This document shows positions 51,921 to 62,113 of a stretch of DNA of 64,000 nucleotides, piece after piece. Both the position numbers and the translations under genes were made by a program. Under the pieces are notes generated by a model that ran no database searches, was not told the origin of the DNA, and saw only the letters and a program-made list of their open reading frames with translations. Source of the stretch: a virus. The stretch is from positions 4,007-68,006 of IMG/VR virus record IMGVR_UViG_3300031673_000026, one strand, 5' to 3'. Position 1 is the stretch's first letter. Each line of letters begins with the position of its first letter.

Positions 51921-52103
51921 ATGCCAATATGCAAAGACTGTGAATATCTTCATAGTGATAATGACCAGGGGTTAACCTGTGATGCGTTCCCGTCCGGCAT
52001 ACCGATGAAGGTCGTAACGGGAGACGATAAACACGAATCACCCCTACCAGGCCAAAAAAACAATATAGTGTTTAAGCGCGATGGAAAAAAGGATTCAAAA
52101 TGA
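51921..52103 (+). CDS. small CxxC/CDAFPxGIP protein (MuF partner)
   Basis: CKDC...TCDAFPSGIP...H motif. Confidence 0.6.
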   Translation: MPICKDCEYLHSDNDQGLTCDAFPSGIPMKVVTGDDKHESPLPGQKNNIVFKRDGKKDSK

Positions 52104-52726
52104 AAATAATAGTAATCACACTAACACGCGGCGATGATAAAGGGGTTATCGGGAAACAATTCTGGATGCATCAGGGTGAGGACGCGGAAAAATATTACCT
52201 GGAGCGGTTACAAGAAAATTATCCGGGGCAATCTACTTCAATTCATATCATAAAATCGTAGAAAAATAAAAAATATTGTTGACAAATCGAAATTAAGCAT
52301 ATATAATTACAGCATGGCGAACAAAAATGGAACGTTTAGAAATGGGGGTGACCATGCCGAAGGGAAAACAAGATATAAAGAACACGGGGTATAAGTTCGA
52401 TAATATCACCTATAACGTTGGAGCCTGGTATCTACATGCGAATTTGCCACAGCGTGGCATGATAGAAATATCCAATAATGGGATCAACCACGTGCTGACC
52501 ACGTCCGGGTACATATACTATGATATCAATATGACCGGGGCGGTATCCACCAAGGATATACTCGATGCCAGCGTTGGCGTCCTGGCGGTAGGCGATAGCC
52601 AATCGCTTAACCTAACGGCCGATAGCTACATAAGTATCCGGGCATCCGTTGTCGATCTTGATTGCAATATATTTGAAACTGATGACGTTCATCTTGACAG
52701 CAACCTTGATACATAAGGGGGACAAA

Positions 52727-53257
52727 ATGCCATTAAGTAGACTTATAGATCAGACGCCGGTATTAGAAGAGGTCCACGAGCTTTCTTGCCATTGGCATAA
52801 TTGGGAGCTTTTCGGCGGATTGGCGGTAGTTCCTGACGGCGAGACGCATAGATGTGATTGGGACTCCATGGAACCGTTTCGGATGGTGCCGGGCAATGAC
52901 ACATATGGGGATTGGGTGCAAGTGCTAGGTTCAGAAGATACTCCCGTACGCAGCGGTGCACTAGAATATGACATGGACCGCATAATGATACACGATGTTT
53001 CTAGTGACAGGGTATTGACCAGAATGCAATTTGGGTTCGGCCCTAACATTCAACAAATTTTCCTACAACAATCTTTCACAAATTACGGATATAGACCATA
53101 TAAGGAAACACAACCGAACACTTTCAAGATAAGGGTGAGTCAAGTGGATTCGGGACAAAAGGCATGGGCAAGATGCTGGGTCAAAGGTGTTTCGGGCGGA
53201 TATATTGATTTTTATGTGTACGTTCACGAATACCCTTGTTTACCGATGCAGGTTTGA
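52727..53257 (+). CDS. hypothetical protein
   Basis: RBS; beta-rich. Confidence 0.55.
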   Translation: MPLSRLIDQTPVLEEVHELSCHWHNWELFGGLAVVPDGETHRCDWDSMEPFRMVPGNDTYGDWVQVLGSEDTPVRSGALEYDMDRIMIHDVSSDRVLTRMQFGFGPNIQQIFLQQSFTNYGYRPYKETQPNTFKIRVSQVDSGQKAWARCWVKGVSGGYIDFYVYVHEYPCLPMQV

Positions 53258-53829
53258 TAGCGACACTCATTTTCAGCCTCGGCATTTTTTCGGTATTCCT
53301 CCATGCTCCTAAGTTGCATCTCTAATGATGCGTGCGACCTTCTTGGGTACGGCATGACATGAATCGTGTGTTTGTATGCTCTGTCTGATTGGCAGTTGCG
53401 GCCCATGCTCCATTTATATTCAATGGAACGCCTAACGAATAGGTAATCAGAAAGGCGCGCTACAAAGTATTCCCGGATATAGTCACCGCTTGCATACTCA
53501 TCGCTACCATATGCAACCAATATAGATGCGTGAATAGGATTGAAATCAAATGCATCTTCACGGATACGGGTGGACGCACTGACATGGTAACATCTGTCAT
53601 CAGAAAAATCAACACTATATAGCGTTAGCCCGCGATTGGCTATGTAGTGGGCTATGGAATGAGCGACGGCGCGCCTCATCCGCGTAATCGCATCCGGGTT
53701 GCGCGGCAGACTATCGACACTTATGGTATAATCGGTGCTGAGTGTAACGATACCCTTGTCCACCCTGGCGTCAACCTCAAGGGCGGGGTTACCGTAAAAA
53801 ATATCACAATGTATTTCTTTTGATTTCAT
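53224..53829 (-). CDS. hypothetical protein (paralogue of 53804-54427)
   Basis: VTLxxDY..MRRxVA..IA and SLExxxR motifs. Confidence 0.55.
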   Translation of the reverse strand: MKSKEIHCDIFYGNPALEVDARVDKGIVTLSTDYTISVDSLPRNPDAITRMRRAVAHSIAHYIANRGLTLYSVDFSDDRCYHVSASTRIREDAFDFNPIHASILVAYGSDEYASGDYIREYFVARLSDYLFVRRSIEYKWSMGRNCQSDRAYKHTIHVMPYPRRSHASLEMQLRSMEEYRKNAEAENECRYQTCIGKQGYS

Positions 53830-54427
53830 AAAACACCTCAATGTCTCTCATGCTCTGTTCCAGCGATGTGTACCTGAGTGGCTCAATTTTCTTAATACGC
53901 ATCACCCCCCTGAATATAGCCCATAACCGCTCGTTTCTATATTGAAAATAGTTTACCAGTGGCTCACCGGATAGCAGATCGGTGAATGAATTTTTGAACT
54001 TTTCCGCCAGGATATCAATTGTCGCCGGTCCGGCTTCCGAAAAGGGCAGTTGCGCGCCTATGCCCCATTTAACGGTGCGACCGAATGGCTGTCTCCGCAG
54101 CCCTGATATCAAGTACCTCGTTTCAAAATCGACGTTAATCCGCTTATCGATCGGCAACCTTTCTTCCATGATGGCCTTGTCAACACTTATGGTAGCATGA
54201 ATAGCATGCGACGCGCCATCTCCTTGAGAGGCACGGATAGTCATAAGCGTCCTATCCCTTGCGATATGGTCCATCATTATACGCGCCACATCGCGTTTCA
54301 TGTCTACAAAGGCATTTTTATTATATAGTCGCAGTTTATCGACAGGATAATCTACACACAGGGTTACCTTGTCATCCCAATCGGGCTTACTTTCTGTGAC
54401 CTTCATTATATCAGGATCATCATGCAT
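53804..54427 (-). CDS. hypothetical protein, antisense moron
   Basis: GGAGG RBS and TATAAT upstream on minus strand. Confidence 0.6.
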   Translation of the reverse strand: MHDDPDIMKVTESKPDWDDKVTLCVDYPVDKLRLYNKNAFVDMKRDVARIMMDHIARDRTLMTIRASQGDGASHAIHATISVDKAIMEERLPIDKRINVDFETRYLISGLRRQPFGRTVKWGIGAQLPFSEAGPATIDILAEKFKNSFTDLLSGEPLVNYFQYRNERLWAIFRGVMRIKKIEPLRYTSLEQSMRDIEVFYEIKRNTL

Positions 54428-54549
54428 AATTTACCTCCACCAATATTATAACGTAAATTAACGTAGAAAACAACAGGAAGACACAAAATAAGCTAAATCA
54501 GCGCAAAAAGCGCGTTGAAAAGTAGGTGCAAACGAAATAACATAACTGC

Positions 54550-55572
54550 ATGATCGCAGAAATCTATCAAGATATAGCCGATGTAATGATCGGGAAACCT
54601 CATGAGCTGTTGTCCGAACAGGATATCGATGAAATCATAGGGAACTTCGATCCTCAAAGATTCGAGCCGCCCGTCGTATTAGAGCATGATGAGGATGGGA
54701 CAGCGAAAACGTTTCCGTTCAATCTAGGAAAAATCATGAAGCTGTACAAGGAAGGGCGCGCCCTATGGGCAAGGGTCGGGATGCATACAGCATTGGCGCA
54801 ACTGATAAAAGATGGACTGGTCAAAGGTAGGAGTATTCAGTTTTTCAGGAACTATGAAAATACGGGAAAGGCCGGGATGAGGCATTTATCGTTCTTGGGA
54901 AAATCGCCCCCACAAATCAAGGGAATGCCGGCAGTGGCGCTAAGTGAAAATTATAACGATAACAATAAGGAATCCGTTACTATCGAATTCCAGGAAGAGG
55001 AGAAAAGATGCAAATTAGAACCGATAAATTTACGGGAGGGAGAGAAGATGCCTGATGTAAAAGAAAGTGTATTCACCCTTTCGCAGCATGAGGCGCTGCT
55101 TGACGCCGCTGTCGAAAAGGCGAAGAGCGACGCTGCGGTCATGCTTAGCGAAAAAGAAGCGGGGCTCAGCGGGGAAATAGAGAAGCTGAGCGAAACCGTA
55201 TCCGCTAAGGACGCTGAGATAACGACGCTGAGAGAAAGTATCGTCGCTCTTAGTGAAGAGAAAAAGAAAATTCAGATCGTTTCTTTTCTTAATGAAAACC
55301 AACTGAAATTCCTTCCCGCTCACAGGGAATCGATCGAAGCGGAGCTGATGGAACTGTCTGATAAGACAAGGGCGGTAAAAATGAAGAACATGGCGGAGTT
55401 GCCTGACATCATTGAGCTCGGAGAGCGCAGCGGAGCGAGTACAGCCGCTCCTATATCCTCCGCTGGGGGTGTAACGGCGGTGGAACGAGCCATGTTCGGA
55501 CTCACGGAAGACGACATGCGAAAATACGGCGGGATGGCAGAGCGGGCACTTAACGCCGGGAGGCAAAAATGA
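54550..55572 (+). CDS. Mu-like prohead protease/scaffold (gpI/Z)
   Basis: PPVVLEH, GRSIQF, RHLSFLGKSPPQIKGM; coiled-coil scaffold C-terminus. Confidence 0.8.
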   Translation: MIAEIYQDIADVMIGKPHELLSEQDIDEIIGNFDPQRFEPPVVLEHDEDGTAKTFPFNLGKIMKLYKEGRALWARVGMHTALAQLIKDGLVKGRSIQFFRNYENTGKAGMRHLSFLGKSPPQIKGMPAVALSENYNDNNKESVTIEFQEEEKRCKLEPINLREGEKMPDVKESVFTLSQHEALLDAAVEKAKSDAAVMLSEKEAGLSGEIEKLSETVSAKDAEITTLRESIVALSEEKKKIQIVSFLNENQLKFLPAHRESIEAELMELSDKTRAVKMKNMAELPDIIELGERSGASTAAPISSAGGVTAVERAMFGLTEDDMRKYGGMAERALNAGRQK

Positions 55573-56651
55573 CGGCACTGGCAGCAGCAAATGAAGTATA
55601 TGAGTTCGCTGAAGTCGGGCGACACGAAATCGAAGTCGCCGCTTCGACAACTATATATAAGGGGGCCGGTGTGTGTCTCGATACATCGACCGGTTACGGT
55701 GTTCCCGCATCCGATGCAAGCGGGTATATAAGCAAGGGCGTCAACCTGGCGGCAACCGTTGACAATAGTTCAGGTTCCAATGGGGACAAGAAGGTTGGCA
55801 CGTTTACAAATAAGTACTTTCTCCTGACAGCGTCGGGCGCAAGCCAAACCTGGGAAGGGCAAATGTTATACTGGGTAGACGATGCAACGGTCGCCCTGGC
55901 GGCTTCGGTGACATACAATATCGCGGCGGGCCGCTGCGTAGAATACAGGAGTTCCACGAGGGTATGGGTAAACCTCATGGATACCGGGATCGACACGTTA
56001 ACGGCCGGTACTGTAACGGCTTCTATGCCTGTTGTGGCGGATGAGAATAAGGATGTTGGGGATTTCAGGAACCTGGATGCTGTTAATATCGATGCCGGTT
56101 CCTCCGGTGTCGCCGGGTCGGTGGATGTATTCCCCACCACGGCGGCAAGCGGGAAGCTTGTGCTGACATGTGATGATCAGGCCGGAGATACCGCCGTTAC
56201 GATCAGTGCTAACGCCATGGGGCAGGCGACTGCAATCGGCGTACCTGACCCCGGAGCCGCGTCAGCCTACTTCGTCCTTTCATCGGTTGCACTGACAACA
56301 GAAGAGGCTACGACCCGATATCTCACCGTCGATATACCTGACATCTCAACGGCTAATTCCACCGGCCTAATATACTGCCCATACGCTGGCACGATCACAA
56401 GTATCAAGTCCGTCCTGCACGGGGCGATTACTGTAGGGGATGCCGCGATAACCACCTACATCGGCAGCACGGCAATCACCGGCGGCGGCCTGACAATTGC
56501 AACCGCGGGGTCCGCGAAAGGTGATATCGATACCGCGTCGCCATCCGGTCTCTATACGGTGGCAGTAGGCGATTACCTGGAAGCAATTTCAGACGGCGGA
56601 AGTACTGACGCGGCAAGAGCGACCGTGACATTTGTGATCACGCTCACCTAA
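55569..56651 (+). CDS. capsid cement/decoration protein with long C-terminal extension
   Basis: VAASTTIYKGAGV..., Y.VDD.TV N-terminal domain typical of the gene between Mu-like protease and capsid. Confidence 0.65.
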   Translation: MTALAAANEVYEFAEVGRHEIEVAASTTIYKGAGVCLDTSTGYGVPASDASGYISKGVNLAATVDNSSGSNGDKKVGTFTNKYFLLTASGASQTWEGQMLYWVDDATVALAASVTYNIAAGRCVEYRSSTRVWVNLMDTGIDTLTAGTVTASMPVVADENKDVGDFRNLDAVNIDAGSSGVAGSVDVFPTTAASGKLVLTCDDQAGDTAVTISANAMGQATAIGVPDPGAASAYFVLSSVALTTEEATTRYLTVDIPDISTANSTGLIYCPYAGTITSIKSVLHGAITVGDAAITTYIGSTAITGGGLTIATAGSAKGDIDTASPSGLYTVAVGDYLEAISDGGSTDAARATVTFVITLT

Positions 56652-56664
56652 TAGGAGGGAAAAG

Positions 56665-57555
56665 ATGGCAATAGGAGCAATAAGTGGCGGTACACAAAAG
56701 GCCGCAATCACGGGAATATTTAAGCAGGTAGAGCAAATACAGGGCGGGGAGTACGTGGGGGAACTGATTATGGAAGTTCCTTCTAACGCGGCTTCCAATC
56801 TATATCAATGGTTTCTTAACGGAGTAATTGTCCGCGAGTGGATCGGCGCGAGGAAATACCGTCAAGGAAAAATGGCGGAATTCACTATTATCAACAGAAA
56901 GTGGGAAATTTCCGAAGCGTGGGAACTGGATATGGTGGATGACAATCCGGAGATCATAGCTCAGGTGGTCAATCCGGTGGCACGGGCCATTGTCGAGCAC
57001 AAATATCAATTGGCACTGGAAGCCCTAATCAATAATAACACGTGTTACGATGGGGGCGTGTTCTTCCGTACCAGTCACCCGTCATATCAGGAAGGTGTCA
57101 CATTTTCCAACCTCCAGACCGGAACCGGAACGTCGGCAGCAAATATCCTGGCGGACTATAACACCTGTATGCTGAAATATCGCAGCATGAAAAAGGAAAA
57201 CGGATACTCCCTATTCCCCGGCAATTTTACCGTTGGATGCCTGTATCCCCCGGCCCTGGACTCCGTAATGAGAACCAATTTCGCGGTCGCTAAGCAAGCT
57301 GGCGGTGGCGATAACCAATATCTGAACGCAGTCGCATTGAGGTCGTGTGGGGAGCTTTCCGATGCCAACGACTATTATTTCTACATTAAGGACGGCACCT
57401 ATATGAAGCCTGTTGTTATTCAACTCCGAAAAAGCTTCGCCATGAAGTTCAAGGAAGATCGTGACGAAGAAAACCTTCTAAAATTACTTGGCGACGCCAG
57501 GTATGAGGCCGCCGTGGGCTCGCCATATGTAATAACAAAAGTGACAAATACTTAA
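56665..57555 (+). CDS. major capsid protein, Mu gpT family
   Basis: VPS...NLYQW, REWIG.R, I.NRKWE, CYDG..FF...H, KPVVIQ.RK. Confidence 0.9.
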   Translation: MAIGAISGGTQKAAITGIFKQVEQIQGGEYVGELIMEVPSNAASNLYQWFLNGVIVREWIGARKYRQGKMAEFTIINRKWEISEAWELDMVDDNPEIIAQVVNPVARAIVEHKYQLALEALINNNTCYDGGVFFRTSHPSYQEGVTFSNLQTGTGTSAANILADYNTCMLKYRSMKKENGYSLFPGNFTVGCLYPPALDSVMRTNFAVAKQAGGGDNQYLNAVALRSCGELSDANDYYFYIKDGTYMKPVVIQLRKSFAMKFKEDRDEENLLKLLGDARYEAAVGSPYVITKVTNT

Positions 57556-57573
57556 TCCAGGGAGAGACGGAAA

Positions 57574-58275
57574 ATGTACATAAAAAAATCTGTACCTGAA
57601 ATAGGCAGGATATACCTTAAGACTGCCGGTATCGAGGTGTCCGATGACTGGCAGGAAATTGGGGGGAGAACTGAACAAATCGCCTACCACGAAAGAAACG
57701 GCGAAGTGGTAGTAGTCGATGAAATCCCTGTTGAACCGGATATTATGCCCGACGGCAAGCTGGAAGGTGAAAGGCCAATTGAGAAAGGAATAAAGATAAG
57801 AAAGCTCCCGGGTATCGGAAAGATACTCCTGTCAAGGCCGAATAAAATCGAAGTAACGGAAACCTGGAAGGTACTTGATATCATAGAGCCTACCCCTGAG
57901 ATCGCTATGAAAAAATGCAACGGTGAAATCGAGTGGGTGCCCTACGTTATCGGGGATGTAATTAATGAAGCGCGCAGGATAATGCCGGTCCCGGAATTTG
58001 AAAAAGTGAAAGAGGAAACGGAAGTGGTAGAGCCTGAACCGGAACCGATGAAAAGTGAAATCGAAGAAGAGGTATGGCCCATACCGGAAGTCACGGAAGA
58101 AAAAACGATTCGAGACGTGCCGGGGATTGGCCCGGCCTATGCGGAAAAACTGTCACGGACTAAGATAAGGACTATTGAAGATATGATAGAAGCTGGCGCG
58201 AGCATGCTGGCGGAAATTTTAGGTTGCAAAGAAAGCAAGGCGGAAAATATTATCGCCGCCGCAAAAGAGGTATAA
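57574..58275 (+). CDS. protein with duplicated N-terminal module and C-terminal helix-hairpin-helix
   Basis: IRDVPGIGPAYAEKL HhH motif. Confidence 0.65.
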   Translation: MYIKKSVPEIGRIYLKTAGIEVSDDWQEIGGRTEQIAYHERNGEVVVVDEIPVEPDIMPDGKLEGERPIEKGIKIRKLPGIGKILLSRPNKIEVTETWKVLDIIEPTPEIAMKKCNGEIEWVPYVIGDVINEARRIMPVPEFEKVKEETEVVEPEPEPMKSEIEEEVWPIPEVTEEKTIRDVPGIGPAYAEKLSRTKIRTIEDMIEAGASMLAEILGCKESKAENIIAAAKEV

Positions 58276-58278
58276 ATA

Positions 58279-58701
58279 GTGGCATATTGCACGCAGGCCG
58301 ATATCGTCCTGGCAAAAAATGACGCACTGCTTAAGCAGTTGGCCCCGGATGGGGCTGGCGGTATCAGTGCGTCCATTATCACCGGGGCGATTACTAACGC
58401 AGACGCTATAATCGACGGGTACATGTTATCTGGCGAATATACCGTGCCACTAACATCGCCACCCGGTATTATTAAGGAAATATCCGTCGGCCTGGCAATA
58501 TGCTTCTTGTATGGGAGAAGCGACAATACTCCGGAACAAGAGGCCGTTGAGTGCGCACGGTGGCATGGTATACTCGACAAGTACGCGAAAGGAACTATGT
58601 CTCTGGGTGCTGCCGATGTAACGAGTAATGTTGAGACGGTAACCCTTGTCAACTTCTACGATGAAGACCAGATCAGCAGCGACGCATTGGATTACCCATG
58701 A
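58279..58701 (+). CDS. Mu gp36/DUF1320 head-tail adaptor
   Basis: MAYCTQAD, A.AIIDGY...Y.VPL..PP. Confidence 0.85.
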   Translation: MAYCTQADIVLAKNDALLKQLAPDGAGGISASIITGAITNADAIIDGYMLSGEYTVPLTSPPGIIKEISVGLAICFLYGRSDNTPEQEAVECARWHGILDKYAKGTMSLGAADVTSNVETVTLVNFYDEDQISSDALDYP

Positions 58702-59171
58702 TTGTCAATCTCAACTTAAAGAACATCTTCCGCGTGAAGAAAAACATGACAAAAATGGACCTCTCTCATATCGGGATTGAAGGTGTGGCGGATGTAAGAA
58801 AAAACTTCACCACGCAGGGCGGGAATATTGGTCTGACATGGGAACCGCTAAAAGTCCGGGCCGGGGATGCGTTACGCAATGTAGGAATCATGATGAACTC
58901 AACCAGTTGGGTACAGAAGGGCGGTGTGATATATGTATTGGTGAGGCGGGTGCGGAGATGGAAAGGGAAAGTTATCAATATCGCGCAAATCCAAAACGAT
59001 GGCTGCGTAATTAACGTAACCGCTAAGATGAGGAATTTCTTACATACAATTGGGATACACCTAAAGAAATCGACAACGAAAATCGTAATCCCCCCGCGAA
59101 AATTCATGGCGTTCTCCTGGTTTTTCAAACGTGAAGTTCTCCGCTGGATAAAAAAGGAAGTGATGTCATGA
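58698..59171 (+). CDS. virion morphogenesis protein (Mu gpG-like)
   Basis: NF..QG...W.PL, A.IQN.G, IPPRKFM. Confidence 0.75.
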   Translation: MIVNLNLKNIFRVKKNMTKMDLSHIGIEGVADVRKNFTTQGGNIGLTWEPLKVRAGDALRNVGIMMNSTSWVQKGGVIYVLVRRVRRWKGKVINIAQIQNDGCVINVTAKMRNFLHTIGIHLKKSTTKIVIPPRKFMAFSWFFKREVLRWIKKEVMS

Positions 59172-59626
59172 GCGGACTCCATGAAATTCAAAACGCACTA
59201 AAATCAAGGATATCAGGGAGTTTCACCGCTGCGAAAAGTGTCAATATCGTACCGGTTCGCGGGGCAAGCCAATTGCATTCGTACATAACGCCATTAGTGG
59301 AAATTGTTTTTGCCGGCGGACCTTACAGCCCATCAAAAGGAAGCTCCGGCGGGATGAATCGATTCGACTTCCAGGTATTCATTGTGCAGGTCAATTGGGC
59401 CGGTACAGATGTTACTACGGGCGGTGGCGGGGCAACGGGGCTTGCTGAAATGATCGACACGCTATTGCCGATCCTGGATGACTACCGGCTTACCGATGAG
59501 TTAGGCGGCATAATATCGGCCGCAACCATAGAGTCTTACATCGGAACCGGACTGCATCCCGTCGGTGACGGTTCTAATTACGCGGCTTCGATCGGGCTGC
59601 AAATATCGTATTATTATCACGTATGA
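59168..59626 (+). CDS. tail terminator-like protein
   Basis: Position and size. Confidence 0.5.
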   Translation: MSGLHEIQNALKSRISGSFTAAKSVNIVPVRGASQLHSYITPLVEIVFAGGPYSPSKGSSGGMNRFDFQVFIVQVNWAGTDVTTGGGGATGLAEMIDTLLPILDDYRLTDELGGIISAATIESYIGTGLHPVGDGSNYAASIGLQISYYYHV

Positions 59627-59983
59627 GGAAGGATATGAAAAAGAAATTAAAAGAAGTAAAAGTTAAATACGTAGGACCTCACCCAAAAGTAAGGGTTATG
59701 GGATTGAGCGATTTCATCAATGGCAAGGAGATCATGTTTACCGTGCCTGGAAAAGTAACGATCGAAGCCGTCCCGGGAAAAACCTTGAAATTTGTAACGC
59801 TCGATTTCCCTGGTGGATATTGGTTGGAAACGTGGCGGGCTATTAGCGGCCTTCGGACGGACGATGGCTTTTCCATAGAGGAAATATATCATGAAGAAGC
59901 CGTGATCGAAGAGACCGCGATTGGAGAGGCTAAAACAAAAGAAATTAAAGCCAAAGAAGCTAAGAAAAACGAGGTAAAGTAAA

Positions 59984-61195
59984 ATGGCACTACCCACATA
60001 TATAGCGTTTGGAAAGGATCAAATAATGTGGGCGGCTGTGGAAACCGCCCCCGGTACAGTTAATTTCCCGGTAGCAGCCGGGACGATACAGGTTACATCA
60101 GACATCGACGTAAATCAAATCGTAATGAAGGCAGCCGACAAACAGAAGCGAAACACCCTGGGGCGAATAGAGGAACTCAGAGGGCCTTATGAACCTGGAA
60201 AAATTGGATTCTCAACCTATATCAAGCCTTCGGGGGCATTGGGTACGGCGCCGGCGGAAGGGGATTTGTTACGGGCGCTATTCGGAATTGAAACGGTTAC
60301 CGGGGCAACGTCCGTCGTCTACACCCAGTCGGGCATAACGGTCGCACCGGTCACACTGACGCTACTAATCAAGCGCGGATTCTTTTCATATCTGTGTACC
60401 GGATGCATAATCAAGCAGGGAGTTTTCGCTATCAAGGCTGACGGGTCCGATGATGCCTGGGGTGGCGCCGTGTGGACCGCGGAATGCATGAAGGTAGTTC
60501 AGGCCGGGCAACTGACACTCGACGGGGCCCATGATGGTACGGGCGTACCAATAACGGAAATAACCGTCAATGAATATGCAGAAATCGATGAAGTGGGCGC
60601 GAAGATAACTATCGGAACCGACGACAATACCGGAAGCGGGTTCACGATTACCGCCGTTAATGCGGCAACGAAGGTTATAACATTCACTCCGGCATGTGCG
60701 ACTCTCCAGGCGGATGACGCGCTGGTATACCCTTACGTGCCTGCAATTGTAGAATCCGGGTATATTCAACACGGAAGATATGGGGCATTTAGTGAGAACA
60801 GGGCGGCGGCGGGAGTGGCGGCAAGGGATATTGTGGAAGCCACGGTAACATATGTTAATCCTTATGTGATCGCCACGAACGTAAAAACCAATACCGCGTA
60901 CCCGGAGCAAGTTCTTACTTCTGATGGCAGTGACAGAGAAATAACGGTTGACTGGTCATTCTATATAGCCGCAACGGAAGGATACCAGCGATACGATGCC
61001 GCGCAAGGCACGGACTACGCGCTGTCGATTCCCGTTGGTGACACAGCAGCTTACCGCTATGTGTTTGCGATTCCTAAGGTAGAAATTGAAACCCCCAATG
61101 AATCAGGTGACGGGGCAAGGACGATGGAGTTGACTGGCAAGGGCCTGGAGACGGCAGCAACGCTTAATAACGCCATTTCCCTGACATTTGCATAA
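59984..61195 (+). CDS. major tail tube protein
   Basis: 403 aa, ET.PGT start, beta-rich; upstream of chaperone and tape measure. Confidence 0.75.
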   Translation: MALPTYIAFGKDQIMWAAVETAPGTVNFPVAAGTIQVTSDIDVNQIVMKAADKQKRNTLGRIEELRGPYEPGKIGFSTYIKPSGALGTAPAEGDLLRALFGIETVTGATSVVYTQSGITVAPVTLTLLIKRGFFSYLCTGCIIKQGVFAIKADGSDDAWGGAVWTAECMKVVQAGQLTLDGAHDGTGVPITEITVNEYAEIDEVGAKITIGTDDNTGSGFTITAVNAATKVITFTPACATLQADDALVYPYVPAIVESGYIQHGRYGAFSENRAAAGVAARDIVEATVTYVNPYVIATNVKTNTAYPEQVLTSDGSDREITVDWSFYIAATEGYQRYDAAQGTDYALSIPVGDTAAYRYVFAIPKVEIETPNESGDGARTMELTGKGLETAATLNNAISLTFA

Positions 61196-61247
61196 GAAGA
61201 CTAAGACTAAAATAATCGCCCAAATATAGGGCGTAAGGAGGGCCTGA

Positions 61248-61703
61248 GTGCCTAAAAAAACATATAATTTTGTGTGGTTAAATGATGACAATGAAGAAAC
61301 ACAATTATCTTTCGAGATCGTGGAATTGGACCAAAATGCATCGATGGAAATCATGGACGAATGCAAATCGCCAGCTTCCAGCGGATACAGGAGAAATAAA
61401 GTAAAGACCGGCCTGATGGAAGGAATTGACATGCTAAAATTCCAGCGATTGACAATATTAAAATCTGTTACCGGTTGGAGCGGGATGACATGGAGATTAC
61501 TGATCGACCTCGTAGTGCCGAACGAAGAAATCACCGACCTGGTTAACGGTAAGGTTGGCACCGACCAGGTCCCGTTCGACATCGAAATGCGAAGACTGAT
61601 TGCAAGTAGCCCGTCCCTTGACTTTGTCAACTTTCTCACATATCACCAAAACAAGATTAAGGACATAGAAAGGGAAAACCTCCTGGCGGCCCTGGGAAAC
61701 TAA
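61248..61703 (+). CDS. tail assembly chaperone (gpG-like)
   Basis: SVTGWSG motif; ends in slippery GGGAAAC. Confidence 0.75.
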   Translation: MPKKTYNFVWLNDDNEETQLSFEIVELDQNASMEIMDECKSPASSGYRRNKVKTGLMEGIDMLKFQRLTILKSVTGWSGMTWRLLIDLVVPNEEITDLVNGKVGTDQVPFDIEMRRLIASSPSLDFVNFLTYHQNKIKDIERENLLAALGN

Positions 61704-62113
61704 CGGAAGTTTTCCGATGGAGAAAAAGCTTTCCGAACCCCGTCACGGAAAGCGACAGGGAAGCTTACCGGCAGCAAAAGCTAAAAGAGACGGGGACTAT
61801 ACAGGAACACCCGCAGACGGAAGAACCGGCACTGTGGGAAGAAAACTATACCGCAGAGGAAATATGGTATACCTGCGAAAAGAACGTGGTAACGGTGGGC
61901 GGTGTCGTGTTGGGGCTGGACATGCGCGCCGTTATCCCTGTATGCCAACTGTACGGGCTGGACCGGCAAGAAACATTAATTATAATCAAGAAACTAAAGC
62001 ATATCGAAAACATTGGGTATTTTTCGTGGGAAGCGCCACTCAAAAAATATCACAAGGAGCGGGAAAAGGCCGCGAAAAAAGGGGCTAAAAAAAAGAATGG
62101 CAACCGACACTGA
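61694..62113 (+). other. -1 programmed frameshift extension of the tail chaperone (gpGT-like)
   Basis: G GGA AAC at 61694-61700; -1 frame is open to 62113 and contains a GLD..AV motif. Confidence 0.8.

Noticed and set aside
61717-62088. 123-aa ORF between chaperone and tape measure
   Set aside because: The region is better explained by the -1 frameshift frame ending at 62113.
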